This document shows, piece by piece, positions 42,448 to 56,300 of a stretch of DNA of 64,000 nt. Every line of letters begins with the position of its first letter. Position 1 is the first letter of the stretch. The notes beneath the pieces are model-generated. The model was not told where the DNA came from. It saw only the letters and a list, made by a program, of their open reading frames with translations, and ran no database searches. The stretch comes from Eledone cirrhosa (lineage: Eukaryota), in the NCBI GenBank assembly GCA_964016885.1, contig OZ024744.1:99076001-99140000 (forward strand), given 5' to 3'. The translations under genes were made by a program, and so were the position numbers.

Positions 42448-45400
42448 GGCGACCTACGTAGGAAATCGTATTATCGTGAGCTCCGCAAAGGTTTGTTATT
42501 TCCGTTTGTTTAAAAATTGCCATTTATGGAAAATTTTATTGTAAACTGTTTATAAGCACACATACATTGTTTTCCGAAAAGGACACCCAAAAAGATTGGG
42601 GCCTTGTGCCCAAAATTTTAACTTTTATTATTATCCAAAAATTTCTTTGAAGAAAAATGGCTAATTCCCCTCTGCACGAAGCAGCTGAAAGCCTTCCTCA
42701 CAAAATAACACCTCACACCGACACCACCATTGTAAATGTTACTACGTTTGCCAACACAAAAAAAATATAAGCAGTAGCAATATTTTAAATTTGTCTCAGG
42801 CAGACATTCATTTCCCGCCATTACCAATGACTGCAGGTGTTAAACCCTCCACCACCACCACCACCGCGACAACAGAAACAAAAGAAGAAAAAAATAAATT
42901 AACTCGTGACGTCGAAATGAAATCAAGCAAAATGGACTCTTCCCCACCAAAGACGACTGACGTCACCACCACCATAACTGAAAATAAAATTAATATTAAC
43001 GATAGCAACAACAACAACAATGACATTATAAAACCGACCCTCAGTTTCGCCATCGTAGCAAAACAATTCGAAGCGTTCACGGTAACTCAAGAAGATTTAG
43101 AAAATGCCAAACAAATGGTAAAGAAAGATGGGTACAGGGTCAGCCCCACCCCCCCCACCTAATAAAATGGAGCATCGGCGCCTGTGCACCGTGTCGTATA
43201 GAACAATAAATGTAAAATCGCGCCGAGTGGAACGGGCATCCGAGTCCCAAATCCAAAAAGCTTTGGGACATGTGTGGGCAAGAAAAACCCACATCAGACG
43301 TGGGCAAAAGTATGGAACCGTGGATGTGTTCTTTGAAACACCAGAGGAGGCTAGAGAACACTCCATGGCCCCATTAAAAAGTGACGACCTCACACTCGTC
43401 CCAAGCTATTGTGGCCAGAGACTCGTAAAGATCAGGGTGACCCACGTTCCACCGGCCATCGAAATTCCCTGGCTAATAGTGGCTGTCATCGCCGGCATCG
43501 AGGCCAACACGAAAATAATAACAATAGCAAAAGAAAAGCAGGAAAACTGGTCCGGATCTGGGATGGAGCTCCTGATCCAAGCGGACCAAAAAAGCATTGA
43601 GGAGATCCCAGAGGTAATAGACCTCACTGACGGCAGCCACCTCACGGTAATTGTCGAGGGCAGAAGACCTAGGTGTGTCGTTTGTGGTGAAGGAACCCAC
43701 CTAAGGGCTTTCTGCCCTCAGGCTAAAAGGTTGAGGCCACCTCTCCTACCCACCCCAGTGACACAACCATCAACACCACCAGTAGCAGAGATGGCAGCAA
43801 CAACTGTAGCAGCAACAACAGAAGCAACTATAACAGCAACAACCCCAGCAACAGTAGCAAAACCAACACCACTACCACCACCAGCAAAACCAACACCACC
43901 ACCACCCAACGCTTCAGAACTAGCACCAGCGCCTACACCATCCACCACACCACAACCAAAACTAACGGCTGTGGAGGATTTTCCACTCCCCGGCCTATCA
44001 CAACTGGAGACAGATTGTGACGACGAGGAGTGGGAAACGATATCCGGAAAAAAAAAAAGAAACCAAAAAAGAAAAAAATTCTCTTCCTTCCCCCTCCAAA
44101 AACAAAATACAGAGGGAAACAAATAAACTAAGAAACAAAAAAGTTAGGACAGATATGCCACCATCCACACCAGCATCACCAACCCCATCAACCCAAACAC
44201 CAACACCATCACCATCATTAACTCCAACACCACCATCACCTACACCACAAAAGTCACCAAAATGCAAAACAGAAACAAACCCACAACAAACGCAAACAAA
44301 ACAAAACAACCAAAACGATACACACTACACAGCATTAAATTTGAACAACAAGCAATTATTACACTACATCCAACACAACACCAGCATCACAGAAAAAGAC
44401 TACACAACAACCCCAAAATTCACACCACCTCCACACATACAAATCACTCGCATCACACAGAAAACGTACATGACACTAAAACAAAAATTCCCCAAAGACA
44501 TCGGAGACTTCCGACAAGCACTCTCCAGGAGGATTTATAAGGACATCCTTCCTGAGGAGGCCACAAGCAGTGAAAAGGATGGAAAAGCCGTCCTTCCCCT
44601 ACGAGAAGTAAGGTAAGTGGTCTTTCCCATCTTTTCCACTCCTTTTCAACATGACCTCACTCAGAATAGGCAGCATAAATGCGCGTGGCTTGGGGTCGTC
44701 ATGGAAGCAGGGCCACCTGCTCAACGACCTCAGGTCACTAAACATAGATGTAGTGGCCATCAGCGAGACCAGAATCTCCGAAGCACAGGCTTTCGCACCG
44801 ATCTTCGGCGGCTACGATGTGTACGCATCTCCCAGCCGTCCGGGATCGGGGGGAGGAGTTGCTGTGCTTTTTCGGAGAGGTTTGGATCTTGCCATACGGG
44901 CCATCTTCCTGGACCCAGAAGGTAAGTTGGTGGTGCTGGACGTGACCAGCGGAGACGGGCAAGCTTTCAGGTTAGTGGCCGTCTATGCCCCGACAGGAGC
45001 AGGGCGGCCTGATTTCTTCCGGCGTCTGGAGACCTTTCTTGGAACGTCCCGCTCTTTAGTGTTAGTGGGCGACTGGAACGGGATCTTAGATGCACGCTGG
45101 GATTGTGTGGGATGAGTGGATAGGGAAGGAGGGTGCAAGAGTCTCACCAACCTGCTCAGACGTTTTGAACTGTCTGACAGGTACCGAATGGATTTCTCGA
45201 ATGTACCAATGTGGACTTGGACAAATCGCATAGGGTCATCCAGATCATATCTAGATAGAGTATTTTGTAGGGAAATAGATAGGTCTAGCATAGGCTGTCC
45301 ACAATTCAAGATAGTCAGCTACACGGACCACAAATTCGTGATCTGTGTGCTTGACTTAGATAGGCTTCATAGACGAGGACCCGGCTACTGGAAGCTAAAC

Positions 45401-47884
45401 GCGTCCTTACCAGCGCGCAAGGCCTACAGAGACCGGATTAGCGAACTAGTTAAGCGGGCGTTGACTGGGGCCATCGTCAACAACAAGTGGTGGTTTGCTC
45501 TGAAAAGAGCAATTAGAATAGAGTCCATTAGGTTTAGTAAGACTTTAGCAATAGAGAAAAATAGAGCAGAGGGAGAATTAGTAAGAAAATTAGATGAGGC
45601 GCTTAGCAAAGGCATCGCGACCGACGTACTTGCGGCGAAATTGGCCCTTGACCAATTCTTCAATGCAAAGCACGAAGGCTGCGTTGTCAGAGCTAGGGTG
45701 CGTGCTCTCAGACACGAGGGGACGAAAGCCGTTCAATGGGCCCGAGTGGCGGAGGCGCGTCGTGGCAACAAAGCCACGATCCGGTCTTTGGTGGACCACG
45801 ACGGGCGCATGCTACTCGATCCCGGGCAAATGTGTGAAGCTTTTCAGCGACACTTCGCTCAACTGTTCGGGGGCAGTGGCGGGCCGGATCGAGGGATGGA
45901 CTTTAGTGTCTACCTCGACGGACTGCCGCGGCTTTCGGCCACTGAGGCGGAGTGTTGCGAAAAGCCGATAACAACCGCTGAAGTACGGGATGCAATGACT
46001 AGTTGCACAAGGGGTAAATCGCCTGGTTTGGATGGTCTGCCCTATGAACTTTACGTACAAATGCCAAACTTGTTCGGAGGCCTCTTGGCGGACGTCTACT
46101 GCAACTGGCAACAGAACGGGAGAATTCCCAGCTCTGTGAGCCGAGGAGCGGTGGCGCTGCTCAGAAAGGATCCGAACAAGGGGGATAACATAGATAATTT
46201 TAGGCCCATAACTCTGCTAAACACAGAGTTCAAGATTTTGGCCAAGGTGCTAGCAAAGAGGTTGGCGCTTGTCGTTGGTGGTCTGGTGGGAGAGGCACAG
46301 ACATGCGCCATTCCCGACAGATCCATCCACGACAACCTCCACCTCATGCGATACATCGTAGAGAGGGTAGCTAGGGAACCTGGCACGGGTGGGTCTTTGA
46401 TCAATTTAGATCAGTCGAAAGCCTTCGATAGGGTCGACCATCGTTACCTAACGGCAGTCCTGAGGGCGGCTGGCTTTGGGCCCGTCTTCAGAGGCTGGAT
46501 CGCTGCCATGCACAGCGACATCTGCTCTGTAGTGAGAGTGAACGGTCACCTTTCGGAACCGTTCAACATCATGCGCTCGGTCCGCCAAGGATGTCCCCTC
46601 TCGTCCCTATTGTACGTATTGACTCTCGAGCCATTACTGCACAAACTGGAGACGTTGAGGGGGGTCCCGCGCGAACTAGGATGCGGAAGATCCGTGTCAG
46701 CATATGCCGACGATGTCACCGTAGTGGTGTCGAACGCCAAACACATCGAGGCGATCGGCACTACACTAAGAGAATACGAAGCGGTGACAGGAGCAATGAT
46801 CAACCAGGAAAAGTCAGTGGGCCTGCAGCTCGGCACCTGGAGAGGCAGGTCCATGCCGTCCAACAGCGTCGTGGGGCGCTGGACGGACGGACCGGTTAAA
46901 TTGCTAGGGGTCTGGTTCGGTCCAGACCTCCAGACGGACAAAAACTGGGACGAGGTGACGAGCAGGGTGGCTTCTCATACCCAGAAATGGGCCGAGAGGA
47001 AGCTATCCCTGAAAGGTCGAGCGGAGGTGGCGAATGCGTACATCGCATCCGTCATCTACTACCGCCTGACCGTCGTACCTTGTCCTAAGCCCCGCCTGAC
47101 TGCGCTGGAGCGTTTGCTCTTTCGCTTCTTGTGGAAGGGACGCGCTCCGATGGTCAGGCGGTCCATCTGCTGTCAACACCCGCTACGTGGAGGGCTGGGC
47201 ATGCCGTGGCTGATGATGCGCAGACACGCGCTCAGGCTACGACATCTCCACCTCTTCCTCGACGGTGATCAGGTGTGGTCGCCGTTTGCAAGACACGTTT
47301 TTCCCCAGCTCGTCTCCTTGACGGAGCTGCAGTCCTGGGTCAAGCGAAGACCGAGAGGGAGCGCTTGGAGACTGGAATGTCTTCAGGCGCTCACAGCCCT
47401 CGACCAATCGGGCAATGTGATCGGTGGAAACTCCACCTTGGCGTTCTATAGGGGATTAGTGGAGGGGAAGAGCGACGACGTACTTGGAGAAACTCTAGGC
47501 GTCGACGAAAATCAACTAGCCAATCTCTTCGGAAGGACTTTCGGGCCGGGGCCTATGGACAACTTCCAGAAATCCCTGGCCTGGCAGTGCTACCGAGGAG
47601 CTTTGCCAGTTCGGGATAAACTCTACAGGCATGGAGGTGCCGTCAGCCGGGCATGTCCGAGATGCGCACAGGGCGACAAAACCGTCCTGCACGCACTCGT
47701 CCAGTGTCCGAGCATTGCTGACTTGTGGGTTTATGTCGAACACCTGCTGTCACGTGTAGGACGGATCCGGCTATCAGCTGAGTCCATCGTGAGGATTGCC
47801 CCGCCCCCTTCCTTTAGCCTGGAAGGGCAGGCAGTTTTTATCTGTCTGGTGGCCATGGCGAAAGAGATAGTATGGTGGACACGT
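42448..47884 (+). mobile_element. Near full-length Tx1/L1-clade LINE copy 3 (5' UTR, ORF1, ORF2), 3' end replaced by a PLE
   Basis: Starts right after (ATT)n; homology to copy 1 stops at TGGACACGT| (~47884). Confidence 0.9.
42827..44616 (+). pseudogene. Tx1-like ORF1 (CCHC knuckle, Pro/Thr-rich), two frameshifts
   Basis: SFAIVAK; RPRCVVCGEGTHLRAFCP; frame changes near poly-C (~43150) and poly-A (~44050) runs. Confidence 0.7.
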
Positions 47885-47923
47885 CGGAAAAGTCCAGGAA
47901 AAAAGAGTGCTCTATGTAGGTAA
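44651..47923 (+). pseudogene. Tx1-like ORF2: APE endonuclease + RT (YADD) + knuckle; one in-frame TGA at 45113-45115
   Basis: SINARGL, ISET, VYAP, GDWN, SYLDR, TDHK, GYWKLN, QGCPLS, YADD. Confidence 0.9.
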
Positions 47924-47966
47924 CAGAGCTTAATAGTTATGTAATAAACAACATAAGGCAATTATT

Positions 47967-48022
47967 CCATTTACCAGTGGTTTCTTAAAAGCAAAAGATT
48001 TTGCTTTCAATCCTCAGAATGA
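47967..48022 (-). ncRNA. Type I hammerhead ribozyme
   Basis: TCATT-CTGAGGA-TTGAAAGCAAAA TC TTTTGCTTTTAA-GAAACC ACT GGTA^AATGG; identical motif at 57229-57284(+). Confidence 0.87.
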
Positions 48023-48168
48023 AAAAATCCTGGTCTGTTTATTGAATTTGGATTTTAAAAACAAAAATGCAATCTATATGAAAGTGAGGCTGGAGAAGGA
48101 AGAAGGAAAGGAAAAATAAAATAAAACTACACATGCAAACACACACACAAAAACACAAAAGCATATAT

Positions 48169-48253
<85 letters not shown>

Positions 48254-48382
48254 TGTAGGAGGTGAGTTTTATTGTAGTACAATAAAGCAATGCAGATATC
48301 GGATAAGAAGCACTCTACAGTTTGTAGGACTGGAGTATACATAATATATAAGAACAAAAGATGGTTAAAAGCGTTCCATGTA

Positions 48383-48449
48383 TTTTATTATGCGCATTTC
48401 AAAAACAAATATCATCATACAATAATATTTGTGTTTTCATCAGATAAAA
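48383..48449 (-). ncRNA. Type I hammerhead ribozyme with palindromic stem III ATGCGCAT
   Basis: TTTTAT-CTGATGA-AAACACAAATATTATT..GATGATATTTGTTTTT-GAAATGCGCATA^ATAAAA; copies at 56789-56855 and 56912-56978. Confidence 0.85.
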
Positions 48450-50126
48450 CAGGAAGACATGATATGAAGGTTAAAAAAACACTTGTGGATAGTTCAGTTT
48501 TAAATCAACATATGAAAAGTAGTTTTAGATTGATGTGTGATATTGGGAAAAATATTTTATTTTGAGGGGGGGTTGGAAAGGATGAAAAAGAGGAGGAGAT
48601 GAGAGTAAAAAGTGGAGAGGGAGGAGTATAATGAGGAAGGATGAGATAGGAGGAGAGATGGGTGATAGAGAGAGAGAGAGAGATAGCTTTTATAACTGAG
48701 AAAAATATATTGTTTTACATAGAGAGGTTGAAAACCGTTGGAAGATAATGTATAAATTAAAAGAATTTGAAAATTAACGAAGAGAAAAATAATGTAAAGT
48801 TAAGGTTTGTATATTGAAGAGTTTAATAATATGTTCGATGGAGAGAAAAAGTTAATATGTATTAAGAATAATATTTAAGGGTTTAATAATATGTGCGATG
48901 GAAAGAAAATGTTGATATGTATTATTAAAGTAAGGATATATTGTGAGATGAGCATGAATAAGTTAGATGAAAGGGAGAAAAAATAATGAATTGAGGATGA
49001 ATAATCTAACGTCAAAAGAATGTTTATGTTTACGAAGGATTTTTACAAGGTGATATAGAGTAAGAATGTATTTTATTATGTAATAATTGTTTCTATGTTA
49101 GGCAACAGTGAGAAAAGGTACAGATTAGGGGTTAGACATTAAAAGAAAAAGAGAAGAAAGGGAAGTGATAAATATGAGTGATATAGAATGAGTAACAAGT
49201 ATTATATAATGTATAATAAATAACTTTGAAATAAGGTAGAAAGATGGGTATATTTTTAAAGAAGTATATATATATATATATATATGTGCCTTTGAGAAAA
49301 AGATTCTAAATTGATAAAGTTTTGGATATTAGCTGTATACTTTGTGGAATGTTTTGTGGAATTTATGCAAGCAGATAGAAAACAAGTCAGTGCATCTATT
49401 TATTATAGAATCTAAATTAGATATAATGGTAAATTTTTCATTTAGACAGAGATTGCAAATCTTGGATAGAGAACTGTTCAAGTATAAAGACGCAGAAGAA
49501 ACCTTCTTCCAAAAGATGCTATATTTAATATTTTTGTCTTTCAAGGACCATATGAGTTCTGAGAGAGCCGTGTTGGTTCTTTTAAGTTTGTATTTAAAAG
49601 ACGAATGATGGTTATAAAGACGAGCTTTAAAGGGGGTGGAAGTGGAGCCAAAATAGGTGAAGGAATTCCTTCACTATTGAAGGAATTCCTTCACTATTTC
49701 TGCTACGGTTTTTTTTTTGCTGATTCTACGTTCTGTACTCTTGTATTTTTTCTCCTTTACCTCCCCTATATTTCACCTTTTCCTATGTCCCCCCCCCCCC
49801 CACATATTCTTTTTGCCTTGCCCTTCACATACCTATGTGTATGTGTGTGTATATTTGTGTGTATATATATATATATATGTGTATATATATGTATATATAT
49901 ATATATTAGTGTGTGTATATGTATATGTAGATAGACCAGGTTTTTTTCATTCTGAAGATTGAAGGAAAATTGTTTTGCTTTTAAGAAACCACTGGTGAAT
50001 GGAATAATTGCCTTATGTTGCTTATTACTTTATTACTTTACTACTATATATATGTATATGTAAGGTTCATATGAATTATCTAAGACTGAGTTTTACACAC
50101 ACACACATGTATATGTGTATTTTGTG

Positions 50127-50199
<73 letters not shown>

Positions 50200-51463
50200 G
50201 TGTGTTTGTATTTGGTTGTGCGTGTTTATGATATGTACGTATTTGTATGTGTATAATTGTATAGCTATGTATGTATTTGTATGTGTGTATGTATACATAA
50301 TTGTGTGTGTGTGTATGTTTATATTTATGTATATATATATATATATATGTGTGTGTGTATAATTACATATACATATGGGTGTGTATTTTTGTATACGTGT
50401 GCGTGTGCATGTATGTGTATGTATGTGTTTATGTATTTGTATATGTATATTTATGTGCGAGAGTGTGTGTATGTATTTACTATTTCGTACGTATGTATAC
50501 GTGCATTTGTGTGTATTACTTACCACGCGTGTCTGTCCAGTTAGCTGCGTTCTGTATCGCTGTCAAAAATTTTTTTATATATATATATATATATATTTTT
50601 CTTATATTTATTTGCGTGTGAGAATATGTAGAGGAGTGCATTTATGTATGTGTATGTATGTACGTGTGTATATATGTATGATTGTGTGCATGTATGTATG
50701 TATGTATGTGTGTATGGCTATGTTTGTGTATGTGTATGCTTGTACACATGTATATATATATATAATATGAGGGAGCTTATAGATAGGACAACACACGCTG
50801 TCTCTTCGTGGGGTAAGTTTTTAATTAATTTTTGTATTCTGAAACATCAAAATACAACAATTTGTTGGTTACTGGACTCGGGAATGTCACGACAGAAGTT
50901 TGTGGAAGTTACACAAATATTTTAGTATATTTTAGCAGAGCAATCCTTATTTATATTTTACATTTACTTACATCTCAATATAACATGGCTAGAATTCAAA
51001 TTTTGCTAAGAGAAGAAAACGGTCAAATGAACTAGATACATCTCACTGTCCACACCACCACAATAACGTCTACACTCTCTCCCCACCATCACATGTCATT
51101 ACCATACCATACCCTATCGAGACTAAAGTCATCGACCTGTTGTCAAACTCTCTACTCTCTGATGAATGTATATATATATATGTGTGTGTATGTATATGTG
51201 TGTATATACATCACTCAGTCAAACAACCAGATTTCAACCCCAACATCTACAACAACAACAACACCGGCACTAATGTTTACAGCAACAACAGCTTCAGAAT
51301 GAACTGAAATGAACATTTACAACAATTACAACAACAACAACAACAGCGGCATCAAAACATAAAAAAAAGGAAGGGAAAAGAAAAAAGAAAAGGGAAGGGA
51401 AAAAAAAAGGAAAAAAAAAAGGAGAAAAAAAGAAAGGAAAAAAAAAAAAAAACTCAAAATAAC

Positions 51464-51498
<35 letters not shown>

Positions 51499-51935
51499 CA
51501 GAACAACAACATCAACTGCCACCACCACCACCACCGCCACCGCCGTCGCCATCACCATCACCAGCGACCTTAAGAACAACTTTAATAATAATTTTTCTGC
51601 TTTTGGCACGGATCCAGCGACTGGCCAGCGCATCACTGGTACTCTCTTTTGTTGACTCCGTGGAGAGCCATAACTCTATGCTGTAAAGCAATTATAGTAA
51701 TACTGGACTGTAATACGATCGGCTTCAACTATACAAACTCTTGAAAGTCAACAGTTGACATAATCTGGTAATCTTGTATCAGTAATGACGGTAATATATA
51801 TATATATATATGTGTGTGTGTGCGTGTAAGTGAGTAGAGTAGCGTGTGTGTGTGTTTGTTGTGTGTGTGAGTGTTGCTGTGTGCACGCATATGTATGCGT
51901 GTGTGTGTATGTCGTACGTATAAGTGTCAATAAGT

Positions 51936-51969
<34 letters not shown>

Positions 51970-51971
<2 letters not shown>

Positions 51972-52270
51972 GCGGGGACATAGAAATAATCGGGCTGGAT
52001 GCCCGATCGCGCAGTTAAACCACTGGGAGTGAAGAACCCCTAGCCCATGTCAGGGTATTCTTCTAGGAGAAGGCATCTCAGGAAACTGGGTTAACTCCGA
52101 TATAAAACCTGCGGCTCAGTAGTTACCGATGATGTTGATCTTTTCTTCTTTTCGGGTTATAGCTACTGTCGCTCAGAGAGTGGGATTGGTTCAGTGCACA
52201 GTCTTTCCTCACTTTAAAAATATTCGTCACGCACAGGCATTGCACGAGTGCATTAATAATTATTAATAGT

Positions 52271-52310
<40 letters not shown>

Positions 52311-52315
52311 TATTA

Positions 52316-52346
<31 letters not shown>

Positions 52347-55300
52347 CCCAATTCAATGATGTTCCAGAACAATGTAAACGAGATAATTGCCAATTTGGGT
52401 TCTGGAACAAAAGAGATCATTGGCAATAAGGGCAGGGGCCCCAAGTTATCACAACCTGGGCCCGCCCGTCATCGTGCCATTGTAATAGAGCCAAACAGGG
52501 CATTTAGTCTTGGCTGCTGGAACGTACGGACGCTGCTTGACAGGGATTCTTTGGAGCGTCCTGAACGAAGGACCGCTCTTGTTGCGAAGGAGCTTCGACG
52601 TTACGATCTTGACATCGTGGCTTTGTCTGAGACGAGGTTAGCTGGAGATGGTCATCTTACGGAATTTTGTGGAGAATATACATTCTTCTGGAAAGGAAGA
52701 GATGAAGGAACCAGAAGAGAGGCTGGGGTAGGATTTGCTGTTAAGACTGTACTGGTGAATAAATTAGAAGAATTCCCAGTGGGGATTAGTGAGCGTCTTA
52801 TGTCCATGAGAGTTCCGCTGGACAAGGGAAGATATGCTACCCTGGTGAGTGTGTATGCTCCAACTATGAATTCTGTCGATGAAGAAAAACTGTCCTTTTA
52901 CCATGCCTTGAAAGGTGTTTTAAGAAATATCCCTCAGGCAGACAAAGTCATCGTGCTTGGTGACTTTAATGCTAGAGTGGGTAGGGATTTTAACACATGG
53001 AATGTAATCGGAAGGCATGGGGTGGGAAAGTGTAACAGCAATGGTATGCTCTTGCTGCAGATGTGTGAGGAGCTGGATCTGTGTGTTACCAACACCATGT
53101 TCCAACGAGAGAACAAATTCAAGACCACATGGATGCATCCTGCATCTAAGGAATGGCATCTTTTGGACTACGTCCTAGTCAGGATGCGTGACAGACAGGA
53201 TGTGCGGTGTGTTCGTGTTCTTCGTGGAGCTGAGTGCTGGACGGACCACCGCCTGGTACGCGCAAAAGTGAATCTAATCACCAAACGTAAAATCCGGGCT
53301 CCTGGTGTTACCCTGCCCAAAAGATTGAATGCTGCTCGTCTTAAGGATAAAAATGTGAAGAGGACATTGGAAGAAGAGATGCAGGCTGCAGATCTTGGTG
53401 AGGATTGGCCGACCCTTAAAAAGTCGGTTTATGATGTAGGCAGACGTGTTCTGGGATTAGTGCAGAGAAAACATCAGGACTGGTTTAATGAGAAAGATGT
53501 GCATATAGATGACTTGTTGGCTGATAAGAGGCGCGCTCTGTCACGCTACTTGACGGCAAGACCACAGGAGAGGAATACGTTGCATGAGGAGCTCAGGGAT
53601 GTAAAATCACGTGTTAGGCGGAGTCTTTCTCAGATGAAGGATCAGTGGTGGAGTGAGAAGGCTGGTGAGATACAAACTGCGTCTGATTGCAATAACACAA
53701 AGCTGTTGTACAGTCTCTTGCGTGAGGTTTATGGACCGTCTTCTTCTCTGGTGACACCGATTCGCAGCAGGGATGGCAAAGAACTTCTTCGTGACTCACA
53801 GGGAATTCTACGAAGGTGGCGAGAGCACTTTGATGATCTTTTGAATCAGCCGTCTGTCGTCAGTGAAGATTTCCTCAATCTCATTCCGGAAAGTCCTGTG
53901 AAAGTAGCTCTCGCAGAGCCTCCGACACTTGTGGAGGTTGCAGTGGCTATTTCGAAGCTGAACAGTGGAAGATCTCCAGGTATGGATGGCATACATGCTG
54001 AGCTCCTACAATATGGTGGTGAGAGACTCCTGCAACATCTTCACTCTCTGTTTGGAAGGATATGGGCTAATGAATCCGTGCCTGAGGACTGGAGAGATGC
54101 AGTAATGGTGGTCTTGTACAAGGGAAAGGGTAACAGGAATGATTGTGGGAACTACAGAGGTATATCATTGCTTTCTGTCGTGGGGAAAGTTTTATGTAGG
54201 GTGCTTCTGGACTGTCTGCTGACACACATTGCAGATTGTGTCCTTCCTGAAAGTCAATCTGGTTTTCGTGTTGGACGCGGCACTACTGATATGATCTTCT
54301 CAGCTAGACAGCTCCAGGAGAAGTGCATTGAACAGGGCTTGGATCTGTATCAGGTTTTTGTCGATCTGACAAAGGCTTTCGATACTGTCAACAGAGATGC
54401 ATTATGGAAGGTTCTCCAGAAACTTGGTTGCCCTGATAAGTTCCTTGCTTTAGTTAGGTCTTTCCATGACGACATGAAGGCTTGGGTTAATGTCGGAGGT
54501 AACATGTCGGAGCCTATCTCAGTAAAAAATGGAGTGAAACAGGGGGATATTCCAGCACCGACCCTGTTTGCCATATACTTTGCAATGGTTTTCTGTGTTG
54601 CATTCAGGAATTGCGAGCATGGTGTTTACATCCGATATCGAACCTCAGGCAGCATATTTAACATCAGGCGCTTTGCTGCGAAGACAAAAGTATTTACATC
54701 AGTCATAAGAGACCTCTTGTATGCAGATGATTGCGATCTTGTAGCGCACACAGAGAGTGATATGCAGCACATTTTGAATGTATTTTCTGACGCTTGCACT
54801 GCCCTGGGTTTGACTGTCAGTCTCAAGAAAACCGTCGTCATGTACCAACCTGCACCTGGTAGGCAGTACACTGAACCAAACATCTATGTGTATGGCGAAC
54901 GACTTGGAGTGGTTGATCAGTTTGTCTACCTGGGAAGCACTGTCAATCGATACGGCAACCTTGACAGTGAAATCTCACTTAGGATTAGGAAAGCAAGTGA
55001 TGCTTTCGGAAAGCTAGAAAGGCGACTCTGGGGTCGGCGAGACATATGCAGGAGGACAAAGGTAAGGGTGTACAGGGCATGTGTACTCTCTTGTCTTCTT
55101 TATGCCTGCGAGACCTGGGTCACATATCGACGCCACCTTAAGCAATTGGAGCGTTTCCATCAGATGTGTCTCAGACGGATACATGGCGTTCACTGGAGGG
55201 ACCACATCAGTGATGTCGAGATTTTGGAAAGCTCTATGTGTGACAGTATAGAAGCTCTTGTGCTTAAGCAGCGACTCCGTTGGAGTGGTCACCTTGCCAG

Positions 55301-55909
55301 GATGAAGGATTCTAGAATACCAAAACAACTCTTCTATGGAGAGTTGGTTAAAGGAAAACGACCGCCACATAAACCAAAAAAGAGGTATAAGGATTCCTTG
55401 AAGGCCTCTCTGAGAGACGCTAACATCTCTGCTGATACATGGGAAAATGTTGCTGCTGATCGTAATAAATGGAGAAAGACTGTATATGAGGGAAAAGTTG
55501 CCTTTGAGGCATCTCGAATCGCACACGAGAAAGTAAAGCGGGACGTGAGGAAGGGTATTGCTGTTGCACTTCCAGACGGCGAGGGTCCTCCTATGTTTCT
55601 GACATGCGGCGTCTGTGCGAGACTCTGCCTAAGCAAAGCTGGACTCGAAAGTCATCTTCGCAGTCATAAAGTAAGACCAGTGGTTGACTACCAGGCTGCT
55701 GTTGGAGATGCTACTCATCATGCTTGCCAAACATGTGGTAGAGAATGTAAATCAGCAGGAGGACTCAAGCGACATGCAAAAGTACACGAACTCCAACCAC
55801 AGCCGACTATTCCCAGTAAATGTTTTGGTTGCCGACTCTGTGCAAGACATTTTGGATCATTGGCTGGGCTAAAAAGCCACATTCGATCGCAGCACTGTTA
55901 GTTGCTATC

Positions 55910-55951
<42 letters not shown>

Positions 55952-56030
55952 GCTTATGTGCGTGCGTGTGTGTGTATATATATATGAATATGTATATTAT
56001 TATTGTTGTTGTCGTTATTATTATTATTGC

Positions 56031-56076
<46 letters not shown>

Positions 56077-56198
56077 GTTATTAATGTATGTGTGTATATA
56101 TGTGTGAGTGTATGTGTATGTATGTGTGTGTGTATATATGTATGTATGTGTATGTATGTGTGTGTGTATATATATGTGTATATATATATATATGTATA

Positions 56199-56231
<33 letters not shown>

Positions 56232-56258
56232 CTTTTTTTTTTTTTTATTTTTTTTATT

Positions 56259-56300
<42 letters not shown>

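Larger units (their letters stand above)
47885..50045 (-). mobile_element. 5'-truncated PLE: GIY-YIG C-terminal relic, long 3' UTR with two hammerheads, inverted pLTR at the 5' end
   Basis: 49329-49544(-) W..Y..CNLCLNEK..IN R.DL..CLH; hammerheads 48383-48449(-), 47967-48022(-) and inverted 49947-50002(+). Confidence 0.78.

Noticed and set aside
51970-52120. HDV-like ribozyme in the RTE 5' UTR
   Set aside because: Known for some RTEs, and a GACAT/ATGTC pairing exists, but I could not fold a convincing double pseudoknot by eye; needs a descriptor search.
52269-52355. Poly-Tyr/Phe N-terminus of the 1210-aa ORF
   Set aside because: Read-through of (ATT)n/poly-T from a GTG; the first ATG is at 52356.
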